A stretch of 64,000 nt of DNA from Cenococcum geophilum. Lineage: Eukaryota. This document shows positions 39,676-53,500 of this stretch, piece by piece (the first letter of the stretch is position 1; the number at the start of each line of letters is the position of its first letter). The stretch covers positions 4,464,001 through 4,528,000 of the forward strand of contig CP158635.1 in the NCBI GenBank assembly GCA_050273025.1, read 5' to 3'. The notes beneath the pieces are model-generated. The model worked only from the letters and a program-made list of their open reading frames with translations. It did no database searches and was not told the DNA's origin. The translations under genes and the position numbers were made by a program.

Positions 39676-42600
39676 TGCTACAGTGCTGCAATAAAGTAGA
39701 CTAAATAACTACGTTATAGTATAAAGAGGGGAAGAAGGTGGAAAGGGGGTATTGTATATAAATAGTAGGGCCGGCCGCTAAGTCGCTAGTAGTGGGCCAG
39801 CTAATAGTAGGAAATAGTATAAGATAGTATGAAATAGTATACGTTAGGTTAGTACCATAACAGTACTCCTCTCCCCTAGATGGTTTAGTCCCTAAACTAA
39901 ATAGATAACTTAAAAATAGGCAGTATACGGGGTTGCCTATTTTTTACTATAAAGATATTAGTTCCGCTTACCGCCCTTAACTAAGCTAATAGCGATTTTC
40001 TATACTAGGCATAGAAAATCCTAATTAGTTAGTTTAGTAAGTAAGGTCGGTAGAACTCTATACCACCACCCAAATCAATCCGTATAGCGTTTCTTAGCGA
40101 GAATTTGGCTAATTAGATAACTTTAACCGCTGGTTAAAGTTCTATAACATCTCAACTACTATAAATTTTAATACGGTAGTCGGCCGCGACCTTAGCGTAA
40201 CTTTTCCTTATCTTATGCCTAGTCTAGGGGTCTTAGCTTCTTAGGGTATTGCTTATAAAAGCGCTGTATAGCTTATTTATAACCCTTTAGGTCTTCCTCT
40301 AGCTGCTAGATTATATCCTTATAATATTTCCATTTAATCTTATAAGTTAGGCCCTAGGGGTCTTCGTTATATATATTAAGGATTTTCTTAAACTCCTATT
40401 TATTTTCTATGTTGCCATTATTATCTCTTTCTGCCACTCGTCCTTATATATTACGGCGCTTTATAGTATTAATATTTGCTTAGCTAGGGATCTCTTTAGT
40501 AGCCTAGAGGCGGACCTTAAATATATAAAAGGATTTGTTTACTTAAACATAGTTTAGAAGGTCTACTATAACTACCCCTTAGTATACTACGAGTGTAGGG
40601 TACAGGCCGTCCTATTTATCGTCCTATTTCTTTTTAGGTTTGTTTATCTTTATATTTTCTAAGCTAACTATAACTATATCGCCTTTGTAGAATAACGCGC
40701 TCTCATCCCTACAGGTATTAGTATTATCTTTATAGCGTTATTATAAAATCTAAGCTAGGGCCTTAAGCTATATTAATATCCGCTTAAAGCGGTTGGCCAT
40801 AAAGTCTGCGTAGAAGAACTCCTTCTTTACTTATACTAATAGTATTAGTAAGTAGGGGCCGGCAGGCTTAATTCCGAGGTAAGGGTTAAAGCTATAGTTT
40901 ACAAAAAACGGGGAGATACCTATGCTCTTATTAACTTAGTTATTTATAGCAAACTTAGTAAGCGGTAGGTAGTTAATCTAGTTATTTTATATAAAGCTAA
41001 TAAAAGCACAAAGGTATTTATTTACGGCAGCGTTAATAATTTCGGTTTAGCCGCCTGTTTCTAGGTACTAGGCTAAGCTTAGTTATAAGGTTGTCTTAAG
41101 GCGTTTACTTAGTCGTCGCCAGAAGTTGCTAACAAATTATATACCGCAATTAGAGATAATCATGCTTAGTGCACTATAGAGCTTATATATGTTGTTAATA
41201 AAGCCATTAACTAACTTCTTTATTAAGAGTCCTGTTACTAAAATAAGGTATTATATTTTAGTTAGGCGGTCCATAATAATAAGAATATATTTATATACCT
41301 TACCGTAGCGTTAGTATACTAGTAGCGTTATAATATAGTTAATTAAGATATTAGTCTATAGGTAGGCGGGTAATTTTAGTAGTTTTAAAAAACCGGGTAA
41401 GGTAAAATAGGGGGTCTTAGTGCGAAAGTATAGGGCATAGTCCTTAATAAAGGTAGCCGTAAACTAGGAGATTCCTAGCTACTAGTATATTTGGTTTAAG
41501 AGGTTAAGAGTTTTAACCTAGCTAGGGTAACTAGTAGGGCCGCTGCTATAAGAGTGATAGGTAACTTCTAGGCGGAAGTTTAGGGTATTAGGGATAAAGA
41601 GACGTTAGCGGAAGTAGATCTATCTGTTAACAATACTATATTCTAATTTATCGCAATAGAGTAATTTCCTAATTTTCTTTAGCTAATGGCGAGCTTTTTA
41701 ATTATATAGGGCTGCCACTATATCTCTTCTAAGTTTGTTCTCCTAGTATCTTAGCCAAATTAACTTATTTAGTAACTTTTTAGCTATTTTAGGGTCTAGA
41801 GCGGCTATAAACTTCGCGTTATTAGAGTTACGGGACTTATATAGTAATTCTTTTAAAATTATAGGGTTAACTTTCTAGGGCAGTATAATAACTTAGGCTT
41901 AGTAGCGGAGGCGTTTATTATCGGCGTCCTTAGGCCTTATTCCTAGTAGCTAGCTTAGGGCGTTAGGAAGCGTAGCTTTACTGCTAAGTCTATATATAAT
42001 TATAAAGTTAAACTATAAAAGGAACTCTACCTACTAAACTTAGCGCTAGTTTAGCTGCTTAGTAGTTATAAATATCTATAGGTTTTTATAGTCGGTAATA
42101 ATTTTAAACGGCTCCTTAGTTCCTTACAGCTTAGGACGCTATTCCTTTAAAGCCTTAACAATAGCTAAGAGTTCTTTATTATAGATCTTATAGTTACACT
42201 CTAGCGTAAAGTACTTTGCGGAGAAGAATGCAACCAGTCTTAATTTTCTATTATTATTATACTGGGAAAGGACTCCACTAGAAGCCTAATTTAATGCGTC
42301 TGTCTCTACCACTATTTTCTTTATATAGTTATAGTATGCTAGTACTAGTACTAAAGTAAAGGCTCCCTTAAGGGCCTTAAACGATTTAGCTTATTTTAGT
42401 CTCTATAGCCATCCGATATCCTTTTTTAGGAGTTTTATTATAGGTATAGCAATAGCAGAGTAGCCTTAGATAAATCATTAGTAGAAGTTCGCGAAGCTAA
42501 GAAATTATTATAGTTCTTTAATTAATATCGGGTTCTTCTATTCCTATAAGGCCTATATCTTCTTAGGGTCTATAGTTATACTATTAGTTAAGATAATTAA

Positions 42601-45600
42601 GCCAAGGTATTTTATTTTAGTAGAGTAAAACTTAGACTTATTAATATTAATCTAAAGTCTAGCATTGCCGAGTCTTTAGATAACTTTATTTATATACTTA
42701 GTATACTTAGCGCGTGTTTTAGAAAAGACAAGGATATTATTAAGGTAGGTAGTGTAGTAGTCGTTAAGGGCGTTATATAGAATATGGTTAATATAGTTCT
42801 AAAATATAGTGGGTATATTATAGAGGCTAAATAGTGTAACTAGTATTTTATAAAGTTTAAACTAGGTAATAAATGCTATAAGCTACTTATAGCCCTCCAT
42901 AATCTAGATCCGGTTAAACGCAGTAATTATATTAAGTTTAGTAAAGTACTTAGCACTATAAAGTGCGTTAAGTATCTTACAGATTAGTAGCAGTAGGTAT
43001 TAATTCTTAATAGTAACTATATTTAGGCCTTAGTAGTTATAGTAGATTTATATACCGCCGCCAGGCTTAGTAGCAAGGAGGAGTAATACAGCAGCTAGTA
43101 AGGTCGATTTGCGGATAAAACCCTTATCCAGTATCTTATTAATCCACTTCTTTATACACCTAAGTTTAGCAGGTAAAAGTGGTCTATTTTTATAATACGG
43201 GGCCTAGTTTCTAGGGGTAATCTTAATTTTATAGTCCTATGGTTGGTAAGGGGGCAGCTTATCTACATTTTTAGGGAGGAAGTACTTAATATATTTACTA
43301 AACTCCTTTAATAGGCGTTATAGAATATCTTCGCGGGTCAATCCTGGTTTGCCTTTTAGGAATTTTTTAATATTAGTGTCAACTATCTTCCAATATAAAA
43401 GCTTGGGTTTAGTTTTTAAATTTATCTTAAAAAAGTTATAGAAATAGGGGGAAAGCACTTTACGGGCTTCCTTTATTATATAGTTGCCTTCTACTAGCCA
43501 GCAAAAAGACCTTTTTAATAGGTTTAGTACTTCTATTAGGCCTATAGGCAGCTCTTTAAGCAGCTATTAGTGCTTATTTTATTTAACTAGTTCTACTAGC
43601 TCCACTATATAGATCCTTATTACCTTTACGTCCTTTTATTTATAGAACTGGGTAAAATTAATAGCATAAGTGTATTTAATATTGTCTAGGTTAGGGCGTG
43701 TTTAGTTCTCTAGTGCTACGGCTAAGCTAATATAGCTTAGTCGGCCTAGGGGGGCGAAAACGAGGCGGCGGCCCTATATAGTACGCGCGGGAGATAGGTG
43801 TAAGGTTAGGCGTTACGGTGGCGCGGTTTTTATTATCCGGGTCTTAGTAGTTCTATAGCCAGTCCTTACTATAACGCGAGCTATAGTGTGCGTATATGGC
43901 ATATAGCTTAGTTCTAGGTATTAGGCTAAGCGGTTAAGGTTTAAATAGTACCTAGATTAGGGTTGGATTCTTAGTAGTAGCAGCGTAAAGCGGACCTTCT
44001 TCCTTAGTCTCGGTAGGGCTAGCTAGCCCGTTATTTTAGTCTTAAGTACTAGGGTAGTCCAGTCTTCTACTATCTCGTTTCTTTACAGCTGTATAGGCTC
44101 CCCTTTATTAGGAACGTCTTCTACTATTAGGGCTTTATATATAGTCCTAGGCACTAGGCTTAGTAGTACTAAGTATCCATATAGGGCGTCTCTACTAACA
44201 TCAGCTATCCCCTATAGGAGGTAGTACCTAAAGTAGTAGTCTAAGTTAAAGTAGATCTTAAGTTTTCTAAAGCTAGGATAGGGCTTGTACTTCTAAAGCT
44301 AGGGCATACCTAAGATAATTAGGGTAGTAGGCGAGAGTTTAGTAATAAAAAAGAGTATGGCTTTAGTATAGAGGCCAATTAATATTTAAATAGTAAAGTA
44401 GTTCGTAATAAGCAAAGTTAGGATACTATCTGCGAGGCGCAGTAGCCTAGGTACTAGTAGCTTCTTAATTATAATATTATACTTTCTTATAATAAACTCT
44501 ACGTTAGTAAATACTATTATAGTACTACCGGAGTCTACTAGGCTTACTATATTAATATAAACTTAGGGGTATAGGTTATATAATAAGGAGAGTTAGGTTT
44601 AAATAAGGATTAATTTCTTATTACTATTTACTAATCTAAAATTAAGTAACAGTTTACTAATAGAAAGGACTAATTAATCTAGTAATAGGGACCTAATCTT
44701 CTTGTCTTCCTCCTTATATAGTTTAGACCCTTAGGCGCAACTTAGTCTAAGGGTCTACCTTTTAACGACTAGGGTATAGGGCTGTCTTAATAGGGCGGTC
44801 TAGTGTCCGTTTAGCTAGCGGTATTAGTTTCTATTTTAGTTGGGGTATAGAAAGACAATACCTTACTAACAACGTAGCCGTATTCGTATTCGCTAGCGCG
44901 AAGTCACCAATACTAGGCGTTATTAACGGGTTAGGCTTCTATATAGGGTATAGTTTAAAGTAACTAAGCTATAGGGTTAAAGGGGGGGGGGTTCGTCTGC
45001 TATAGCTATAATAGGCTCTACGGTCGCCGCGTCTATAATAGACTCTACAGTTGCCGCGTCCGTGGTTATTAGTTCGCGTTGTTTAATAGGGTAGTATTAG
45101 GACTAGGTTTACTATCTTAGTAGGGTTATAGGTATCCTTCTAGTAGCTAGGTAGGCTATAGGTAAAGTATAATCTATTATTAACGCGGCGCTTGCGCTCC
45201 GTATCTAAGATTTTATTAAGGTCTATAGGTTCTCTAGTTACTGCTAGGGTTAAGGTTAATATAGAGGCAGGGGCTTAGGTAGGTAGGCGGTAGTTAGCGT
45301 TCTTCTTAAGGTTGGCTTGGTGTATATAGTTCGCGAGGTTTTTAGCAAACATATTTATCTGCTTACTTTAACCTATATAGTCGCTATTATTAATTTTATA
45401 GGCAAGTCTAAGTACCAGCTCTTCCATCTTTAGAGAGATAAACTTTTAGAGTAGGTCCACCTTTTATTTATTTATCTTCTTAGCGCGGACTATTAGCTTA
45501 TTAAGCTCTTCCTTTTAGGACTAGTAATTACACTCGCCTTAGGGGAAATGGTTAAGCTTATTCTTTGCGACCTAGGTTATGTTAAGGACCTTATAGTAGG

Positions 45601-46592
45601 CAGTAAGATCTTTAAGCATATCTTCCTTAGTAGGCCATTTCTACGCAGATATGTTGTTTAGGTTTTTATATATAAGCTCTAGGCCTTACTTAATAAACTT
45701 ATAGGCCTTATCCTTTAGTATATCCGAGATATAAAGGATCTGGAACTAAACTATGTTAAAGTAGTCCTAGTTTTAGTTAAAGACTCCCTTAATCTTAATA
45801 TGCCAGGTCTTAAAATTAGCTTATTATTCTAGTAGGGTGCCTTTTCCGCTAAATATTAGCAGGTCTTTAGATCTCCGTTTTTTCTACTAGGTTACTACCG
45901 TTATTATAGGGGTTAATTGTTTTAGAATGGTAATAGTCTCTATCTAGGAGTTAATAGTTCCTATCTAGAAAGCAATAAGGGCACTAAGGTTTTTATTAGC
46001 TTTTTTATTAGCGGTGTTTATATTATATATACACTATAGTCCTACTTTAATGTTGTTAAGGAACTCGTTAGTATAGTTAATAAGGGTAAGGTAAGCTTTG
46101 CTAGGCTTAAAGGTTTTAAAATACGGTGGGGAGCGGCGGATTATCTACGCGATATTAGGGTATATCTCTATAAATAGGTCTATAAAAACGTCGTAGGGGT
46201 TCTAAGTTTCGGCCATTTTGGCGTTATTAGTGTCGCCTATTTAGGCGCTAAGTAAAAACTAAGGATCGTTCTAGGACTGTACTGGGGACGTATTAGTTTT
46301 AGCAAAGGCGCGTATAGGTTGCGATTACTTTAGGGTAGAGGTTAATTGGCTAGGGTATAGGGAATTAGTAATCGCGATGGGGCGTAAATTAAAGATACCA
46401 CAAACTGCTACAGTGCTGCAATAAAGTAGACTAAATAACTACGTTATAGTATAAAGAGGGGAAGAAGGTGGAAAGGGGGTATTATATATAAATAGTAGGG
46501 CCGGCCGCTAAGTCGCTAGTGGTGGGCTAGCTAACAGTAGGAAACAGTACGAGATAGTATAAAACAGTATGCGTTAGGTCAGTGCCGTAACA
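39676..46592 (-). mobile_element. Ty3 chromovirus C (6.9 kb), inserted in the integrase core of A
   Basis: 187-bp LTRs at 39676-39862 and 46406-46592. Perfect TSD ACTAG. PPT next to 39862. RT YLNNIL (RIP of YLDD) at about 42735. Confidence 0.93.
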
Positions 46593-49500
46593 ACTAGGGA
46601 TTACAGTTAGAGATAATTAATTTAGGAGCGCCGTAGAATTAATAGATATTATTATCGTAAAGGTAAGCTATATCCTTCGCAGTTATAGTCTTAAAGTAAG
46701 GAAGGGAGACGGATTACTTATATAGTTAGTTAATTACTATAAAGGCCGCGTTGTAGCCGTGGGCGTCCTTTAAAAACGACTTAAAGTCTATTATAATATA
46801 TTGCTAAGGGCGTTCTAAAACCGGCAATAGACGTAACTACCTAAAAGTTTAATCCCTAGGGGCATTCGCGCGTTTATGGGCATAGCAGTTTCTAATAAAT
46901 TATTTTATATTAGATAGAAATCCTCGCTAATAGTAATGGGGCGCTAGTAGTTAGTAGGTCTTATCCCAACTAGGGTGCGCTGTTAAGACTTAATAGTGGG
47001 CCTTACGGATTAGCTCTGTCTATAGGTTGTTAATATCTAAAACTATAAGCCGTTTTTAGTATAAGAGCAGTCCTTCTTCTATTTCTAAATTAGGGTTATT
47101 TTTTAAGGCCTAGTTATGGAGGGCCTTTAGGGATTTAACTATATAGTTTATAGTTAAGATGTGGTTAATTAATCCTATTAGCTTATCTAAGAACTCTCCT
47201 TCTATAGGTACTAGCTTATTCTCTTTAGAGCTTAGTTCCTTAAGGATATATAGGTTGAGCTGTTTAGGACGGAGGAGGGCGCGTGTCTAATATTACGCCT
47301 TTAGCTTATCCTAAGGGCCCACGTCCTATTCTCTCTAGGTTAAAGTATTAGCCTTAGAGTTTTATATACCTGGGCGGTATATAATCGTAAAGAAGAATTA
47401 AGAGAGTATTTTAGCCTATTAAGCCTATCGGCTGGTAAGCTGCTTTATTATTATAAAATACTTTAAGGCTTTATAATTAGTATAGACCTTAATCTAAGAG
47501 TTCGTGCCTTTAAGCTCCGCGCGCTATTAAGATAACGATTAAATAATAGCTAGCATTTCTTTATTATATACTTTATAGTTATACTTAACTAGGTCTATTA
47601 TCTTTAAGAAGAAAGTAATAGGGTACTATTTGCCGTCCGAATGTAACTGTAATAGGACTCCCGCTATAACTCCGTTAGAAGCGTCCGTTTTTAGTATTAA
47701 TTTAAGATCTGGGTTATAATAACGTAGAATTAGAGAAAAGATAAGCCAATTCTTTAACTCTTTAAAGGCCTCTATACAGTTATTATTAAATATAAAAGGC
47801 GTATCTTTCTAGGTAAGTTATATAAGAGGCTTTACTATAACTCTATAGTTACGGATAAAGTAGTAATAGAAATTATAAAAGCTAAGGAAGGACTAGATCC
47901 CCTTTATAGTATAAGGGGGCTTTTAGCTATAGATTTCTTTAACCTTCTTAGGGTCAACTTTAATCCTATTTATACTTATAATAAACCCGAGGTACTTTAT
48001 ACGTTTTACCCCAAATTTATATTTCTTAATATTAACTTATAAGCCCGCGTTCTGTAATCTCTCTAGGACCTTCTTAATATAAACTTTATACTTAAGTTCG
48101 TTGTCTAAGTATATAAGGATATTATCTAGGTATGCCGTATAGAACTCGTTAAGGTAGTTAAAAAGGACATCGTTTATATACCTTTGGTATATAGCCGGCC
48201 TATTTATTAACCTAAAAGAAAGGACTTTATATTTATAGGACCTATAATAGGTATAAAACGTTGTTAAATCTTTAAATATAGGGTCTATTTTAATTTAGTA
48301 GAAAGTTTAGCGGATATTAAGTTTGGTAAAGATCTTTACCTAGCTTAGACGTATAAGGGTCTCGTTAATTAACGGAATAGGATACCGATCCTTTTAAGTA
48401 ATAGCGTTTAGCTTTTAATAGTTAATATAAAAAATAAAGGCCTCTATTAGGCTTTTTTATAAATAGGATAGGGGAAGTAGAAGGGGCTTAGCTAGGCTCG
48501 ATAAACCCTTTATTAAGGTTATTAATTAAGTACTACTTTATTACCTTTAGCTTGTCCGTTAATTATTAGTAGAAGGGGCTATATTCTAGCAAGTTATTGG
48601 CTTCTAATAAAATCTTATAATTGTACGTTTAGTAGGGGGGTAGTATATCTAAAGCTGCTTTTAAGAGCGCGTCTTTATGGCTTAAGAGGTAGGTAAAAAG
48701 GAGGCGCTTAACCAGCTCCTCGTTACTTTCCTTAGCTAGCCCTTTTTCCTTCTTGTTAATAATCTAGTTAATTTCATATAAGCTAGTTATAAAAACCTTA
48801 TTATCCTTCTAGTATATATTAAAGTAGAACCCTATAGCACTAATAGCCGTAATATCTAACGTAGGGGGGTTACGTAATAGTAGGGGTGTACGTAATTTCT
48901 AAGGCTTCTAGGGTATTAACCTTCTCGTTCCTCCCTTTAGCTCCTACTGTATCTTTTAGAGGCTATCTTTTGTATTCTATTAGTAGGTCCTCTTCTATAT
49001 AGGTTAGATCTCCGCAACTTAGGCAACTTCTATATTACTATTCGTTCCGCTTTTGTACGTAGAGTTCTCTTTAACCGTAGTACTGTAGGAGAGTATCTTT
49101 ATTAGTATAGGGTTCTTACTAGCTTTATAATGGGCGTCTTCCTATATAAAGGCTAGGTCCTAGTCCCTAATATCCTACTTATAGATAGGATCCGCCTCTA
49201 CGGCTAATATCCTACGGTTAGTTCAGATCTCTTTAATAAAGGAGGATAATTTTGGTTTATCCTTCGGCTAAATAAGCTGCCTTTATTGTATGTTTAGCCA
49301 GATATTAAAATAGAACATCTACTTCTAATTAAGGATTATATTATAGGAACCTAGGTTTAGTATATAGAAGGGTATACTATATAGGCGTTGTTTATTAAGA
49401 GAAATATATAACTTTAATATATAGGTAACCGGCTTACCGGCTTGGCCGTTATAGCCTTTTACTTAGATAGGCTTCTCTAGCTAGGTGGCTTTTATATTTA

Positions 49501-50528
49501 GGAACCTAGCAACGTTAATTATATAGGTAGTATCTATAAAGGCAAAGCTATTTACTCTAGTGTTAATAAGGGCAGTTGTATTAACTCTATATATATTTTA
49601 AGATACTATATATAGAACTATAAAGTATTTTCTACCCATTAACTAACTTAGATTAATCTCTTTAAGATTAATAGGGTACCCTAGGGGGGAGTCTTTCCCT
49701 AGGGTTCTTTTTTTCCTAACTTGTTAGATGTTTCTCCTTCCTCTATCTCCTTAATATCGCCTATATCTTTTAGCTCCGGGTAAGACGAAGTAAAGTATCT
49801 ATCTTTTCCGTAGTTAAAGCACGTGGCTATAGCAGGGTTAATTAGGGTGTTATAGTAGGTATTAGTTGGGGGCGAAGCATATAGTCAATTAGGAGAGGCC
49901 CGCTAAAGGGCAGTTATATCTACCTTAGGTATAGGGGTACTTTCTACTAGTTTTTTAGTGCTAGCCCTAGTAGGTATAATTGTCGGTTTTTAATTACTAT
50001 GGGATTTCTTCTGCTAATTAGTGCGGGTATTAATTCGCCGTAGTTTTAAATCCAATAATAGATATTAGGCTGTAAGTCTTTAGTAGGTTAGTAGGTTGTT
50101 TAGGGCTATTATAATCTTCTCTTATAATTAAACTGTTAGTTTATTATATAGGTCTAATTAGTAGTTTTTAAGGGGGACCTAGCCTTCGCCTGTTAGGTGT
50201 AGGAATTAGGTCTAGAACTTAGCAAAGGATTGATTCGGTCTTATTATTAGGCGATTATAGTTATACCTAGCGTTGCGTACTTTATTCGGGTTTACGTAGA
50301 TAGCCGCTAGGTGCTATAGCATCTTGTTAATAGATGTAAACCGAATAGGTAACTCGTCCTTAAACTTGGCTTGGAGGTGCTTTTAGGCGTCCCTAATAGT
50401 TTAACTAAAGAGGTAAAGTATCTTAGCTTCTTTAGAAAGGAAATGGTTATAGTTAACACGGAGCTTTCCTTATATTTAAATCCTCTAATTCTTAAAGGTA
50501 GGGTCTATCCCGTCAGATAGTGGTTAGG

Positions 50529-53500
50529 TATTAGCGACTTAGTTAATTAAGACATAAGTATGGCAAAAGGGTCGCGCAAGCCTATATGATTGGATTGTTT
50601 ATAAACGAGAATCTAAAGCTAGGGAAAGGAAAGGAGAAGAAGAGCAACGCCGTTCGGTGTTTTATAAGATCTTTAAGTTACGTAATCGCAATATGCGGCA
50701 ATCTATAGTAATCTGTGGTAACTTGCCGGTGCGAAGTTCTGCTAGTGCTGTAACATTACCCCCCCCTCTAAAAAGCCTGCCCTTAGGCTTTGTCGCTAAA
50801 AGTCTTAGTAAGAGAATCTAACTAATTAGACAACTTTAACCGCCGGTTAAAGTTCCTAGATATCTTAACACCTTATATAACTAAGAAATTTCTAGGGCGT
50901 TTTTGTCCTTATATTCTTCTAGTAGCTTATTGTCTTTATTATACTAGTATTCTATCTACTTATCTAGGTACTTTAGCGGTCCGGGTTTGTTGGGGTAACG
51001 GCTATAGAACTCCTAAAGCTTATAGGAACTACCTATAAAGTTCTATATAGGGTACTAAGTAGGGTTTAGGTTATATCCTTTCTAACTAATATAATACTTT
51101 AACGTTCCCTTTACAAGTTTATAGGCTAGCATTTCTTTAATTTCCTATTTATCGTCGCCATTAACTTGAATTGGTAGGGGAGGTTCATTCTTTTATCTGG
51201 GTAGTAGGTTATTTATAGCTTTCCGTAGCTTATCCGGTAAGAAAATAGGGTGAACTTTAATTAAGTCTGGGAGCTTAACCTTATATAAGTTGCCTACTTT
51301 ATTAAGAATCTTATACGGTCCTGCTATTTTATAGTTTAGCTTATAGCTAGGCCGTTCTATCTTCTAGTTCTTTATTATAATCTAGACTATATTACCTACA
51401 GTAAAGTTAGGCTCGCGCCTATGCTTATTTACCTACTATTCTATTAATTTCTAGGCCTTTTTTAGGTTTGTATAGGCTACTTTTTAGGCTTCTTTTAAGC
51501 GCTTAGCGTACTACTAGGCTTCCTTATAAGATAGTTTTTCGCGTACGGTTTGGGGCCCTTCTGGTCTTTCCCAGTTAAAGCTTATATAGGGTAGGTAACC
51601 TATTTCTAGTTAAATAGGGGCAAATCCAGTAGAGTCGTGGGGTAGGGTCGCTTGGGTATAGTCTATTAAGGGTAACAGTTTGGCCTAGTTATCCTAGAAG
51701 TAGTTAATAAAAGGCTAAAGTCTCTAGTCTAAGTATTAATTTACAATTTCCATTTAACTGTTTATTTGGGGGTAATATACTATAGAAAGCTTTAGCTTAA
51801 TGCCTAAGATCCGGGTAAACTTATTCTAAAAGGCTAATATAAACTGCGGCTTGTGGTTGAATACAATAGTGTTTAGTAGTCCGTAAATTTGGTAGACGTA
51901 GTGGATATATAGTTAGGCTGCCTCTTTAGCATTAATATTTTTATAACAGGGAATTAAAAATGGGCGCTTGCTAAAGCGGTTAACTAGGATTATAATTATA
52001 TTATATCCGTTATAGTCTAGAGGTAGCTTATAAAAGTCTATAAAGATATATTGCTAAGGGCGGTTGGGTATTAGAAGGGGTTTTAATAGTCCTAAGGTCT
52101 TATCTTGTGGAATTATGGACCTATGGCAGTTATTATAGTTCCGTATATAGCGGTTAATATCTATAATTATTCCGGGCCAGTAGTAGCGGTTGCCAATAAT
52201 CCTATAGGTCTTATTTTTTCTAGGGTAGGCCGTAGAGACCTAGGTATGTACTTCGGCAATAAGCTAAGTCCGTAAGTTCTATTCCTCTGCTATCACTAGC
52301 CGTTCGCGGTGCTTAAGTAGTCCACTTTTGAGGGACTATAGGCTAGAAACGTTCTTTGCCTTTTTACGGTACTCCTGTAGAGAAGGGGCCGTACAGTTTA
52401 CCTATAGTAGTTTATTAATAAGGTCTAGTTCCATAGAGTTAATAGGGCATATCTCAGTATCTAAAGAGTCTGTATTTAGTTCTGCCCGTATTTAGGAGTT
52501 AAGGTACTCTAGTTATAGTAGCGCTTAGGTCTATAATAAGATCTTTACAACTATCTAGTTATTTATATCCTATTTACGCCTTATAAAAGCGTCTGCACGG
52601 TTAGTAGCACTTAGCCTATATATAATTAGGAAGTTAAACTAAGATAGGGTGTCCGCTTAGCGCGCCTGTCGGGCTATAAGGGCCTTTATTATTATAAAAT
52701 ATTCTAAGGCCTTATAATTAGAAACTACCTAAATAGACTTAGGGGTGCCTTCTAGTTAGGCTCGCTAGTGCTAAAAGCTAGAGATAATAGCTAGTATTTC
52801 TTTATCGTAAATCGGGTAGTTTAGCTTAGCATCTACTATAGTCTTTAAATAGTAAGCAATAGGGTACCATTCTCCGTTTGTCTGCTTTTAGAAGTAAATG
52901 CCAGCTATAATACTATCTAAGGCATTGGTTTCTAGTATTAAGGGCCGTTCTAGGTTAAAGTGGGTAAGTAAGGGAGCAGAGACCAGTCGTTTCTTAAGCT
53001 TATTAAAGGCCTGCCTATATACGGTGTTAAAGTAAAAGGGCCGGTCCTTATAAGTAAGTAGGCTTAGTAGCCGGGTAATTCTGCTGTAGTTTTTAATAAA
53101 GCGTTAGTAGAAGTTATAGAACCTTAAAAATAACTACACCCCCTTTACGGTCCTTAGGGGTACCTATTAGTTAATTACAGCCGTCTTTTTTAGGTCTGCC
53201 TTGATCCCGTTTATACTAATAATAAACCCTAAGTACTTTATACGCTTAATACTAAATTTTAACTTCTTAATATTAGCTTAGAGGCTAGCTTCTTAAAGCC
53301 GTTATAGGACTTTATAGACATACTCTTTATATTCCAGTTCGTTTTTAAAGTAGATTATAATATTATCTAGGTATGCTGTATAGAAGTCATTGAGGTAGTT
53401 AAATAGTACGTTATTTATATATCGTTAGTATGTGGCCGGTCCGTTAGTTAGTCTAAAAGGTAGTACTTTGTATTTATATATTCCGTATCAGGTCCAAAAC

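Noticed and set aside
46393..46400. TGGTATC on the minus strand near the C 5' LTR, resembling a tRNA-iMet PBS
   Set aside because: It is offset 5 nt from the LTR and does not continue as AGAGC. The same bases pair with the element's own LTR at the 2-nt offset seen in A, B and D, so self-priming explains it better.
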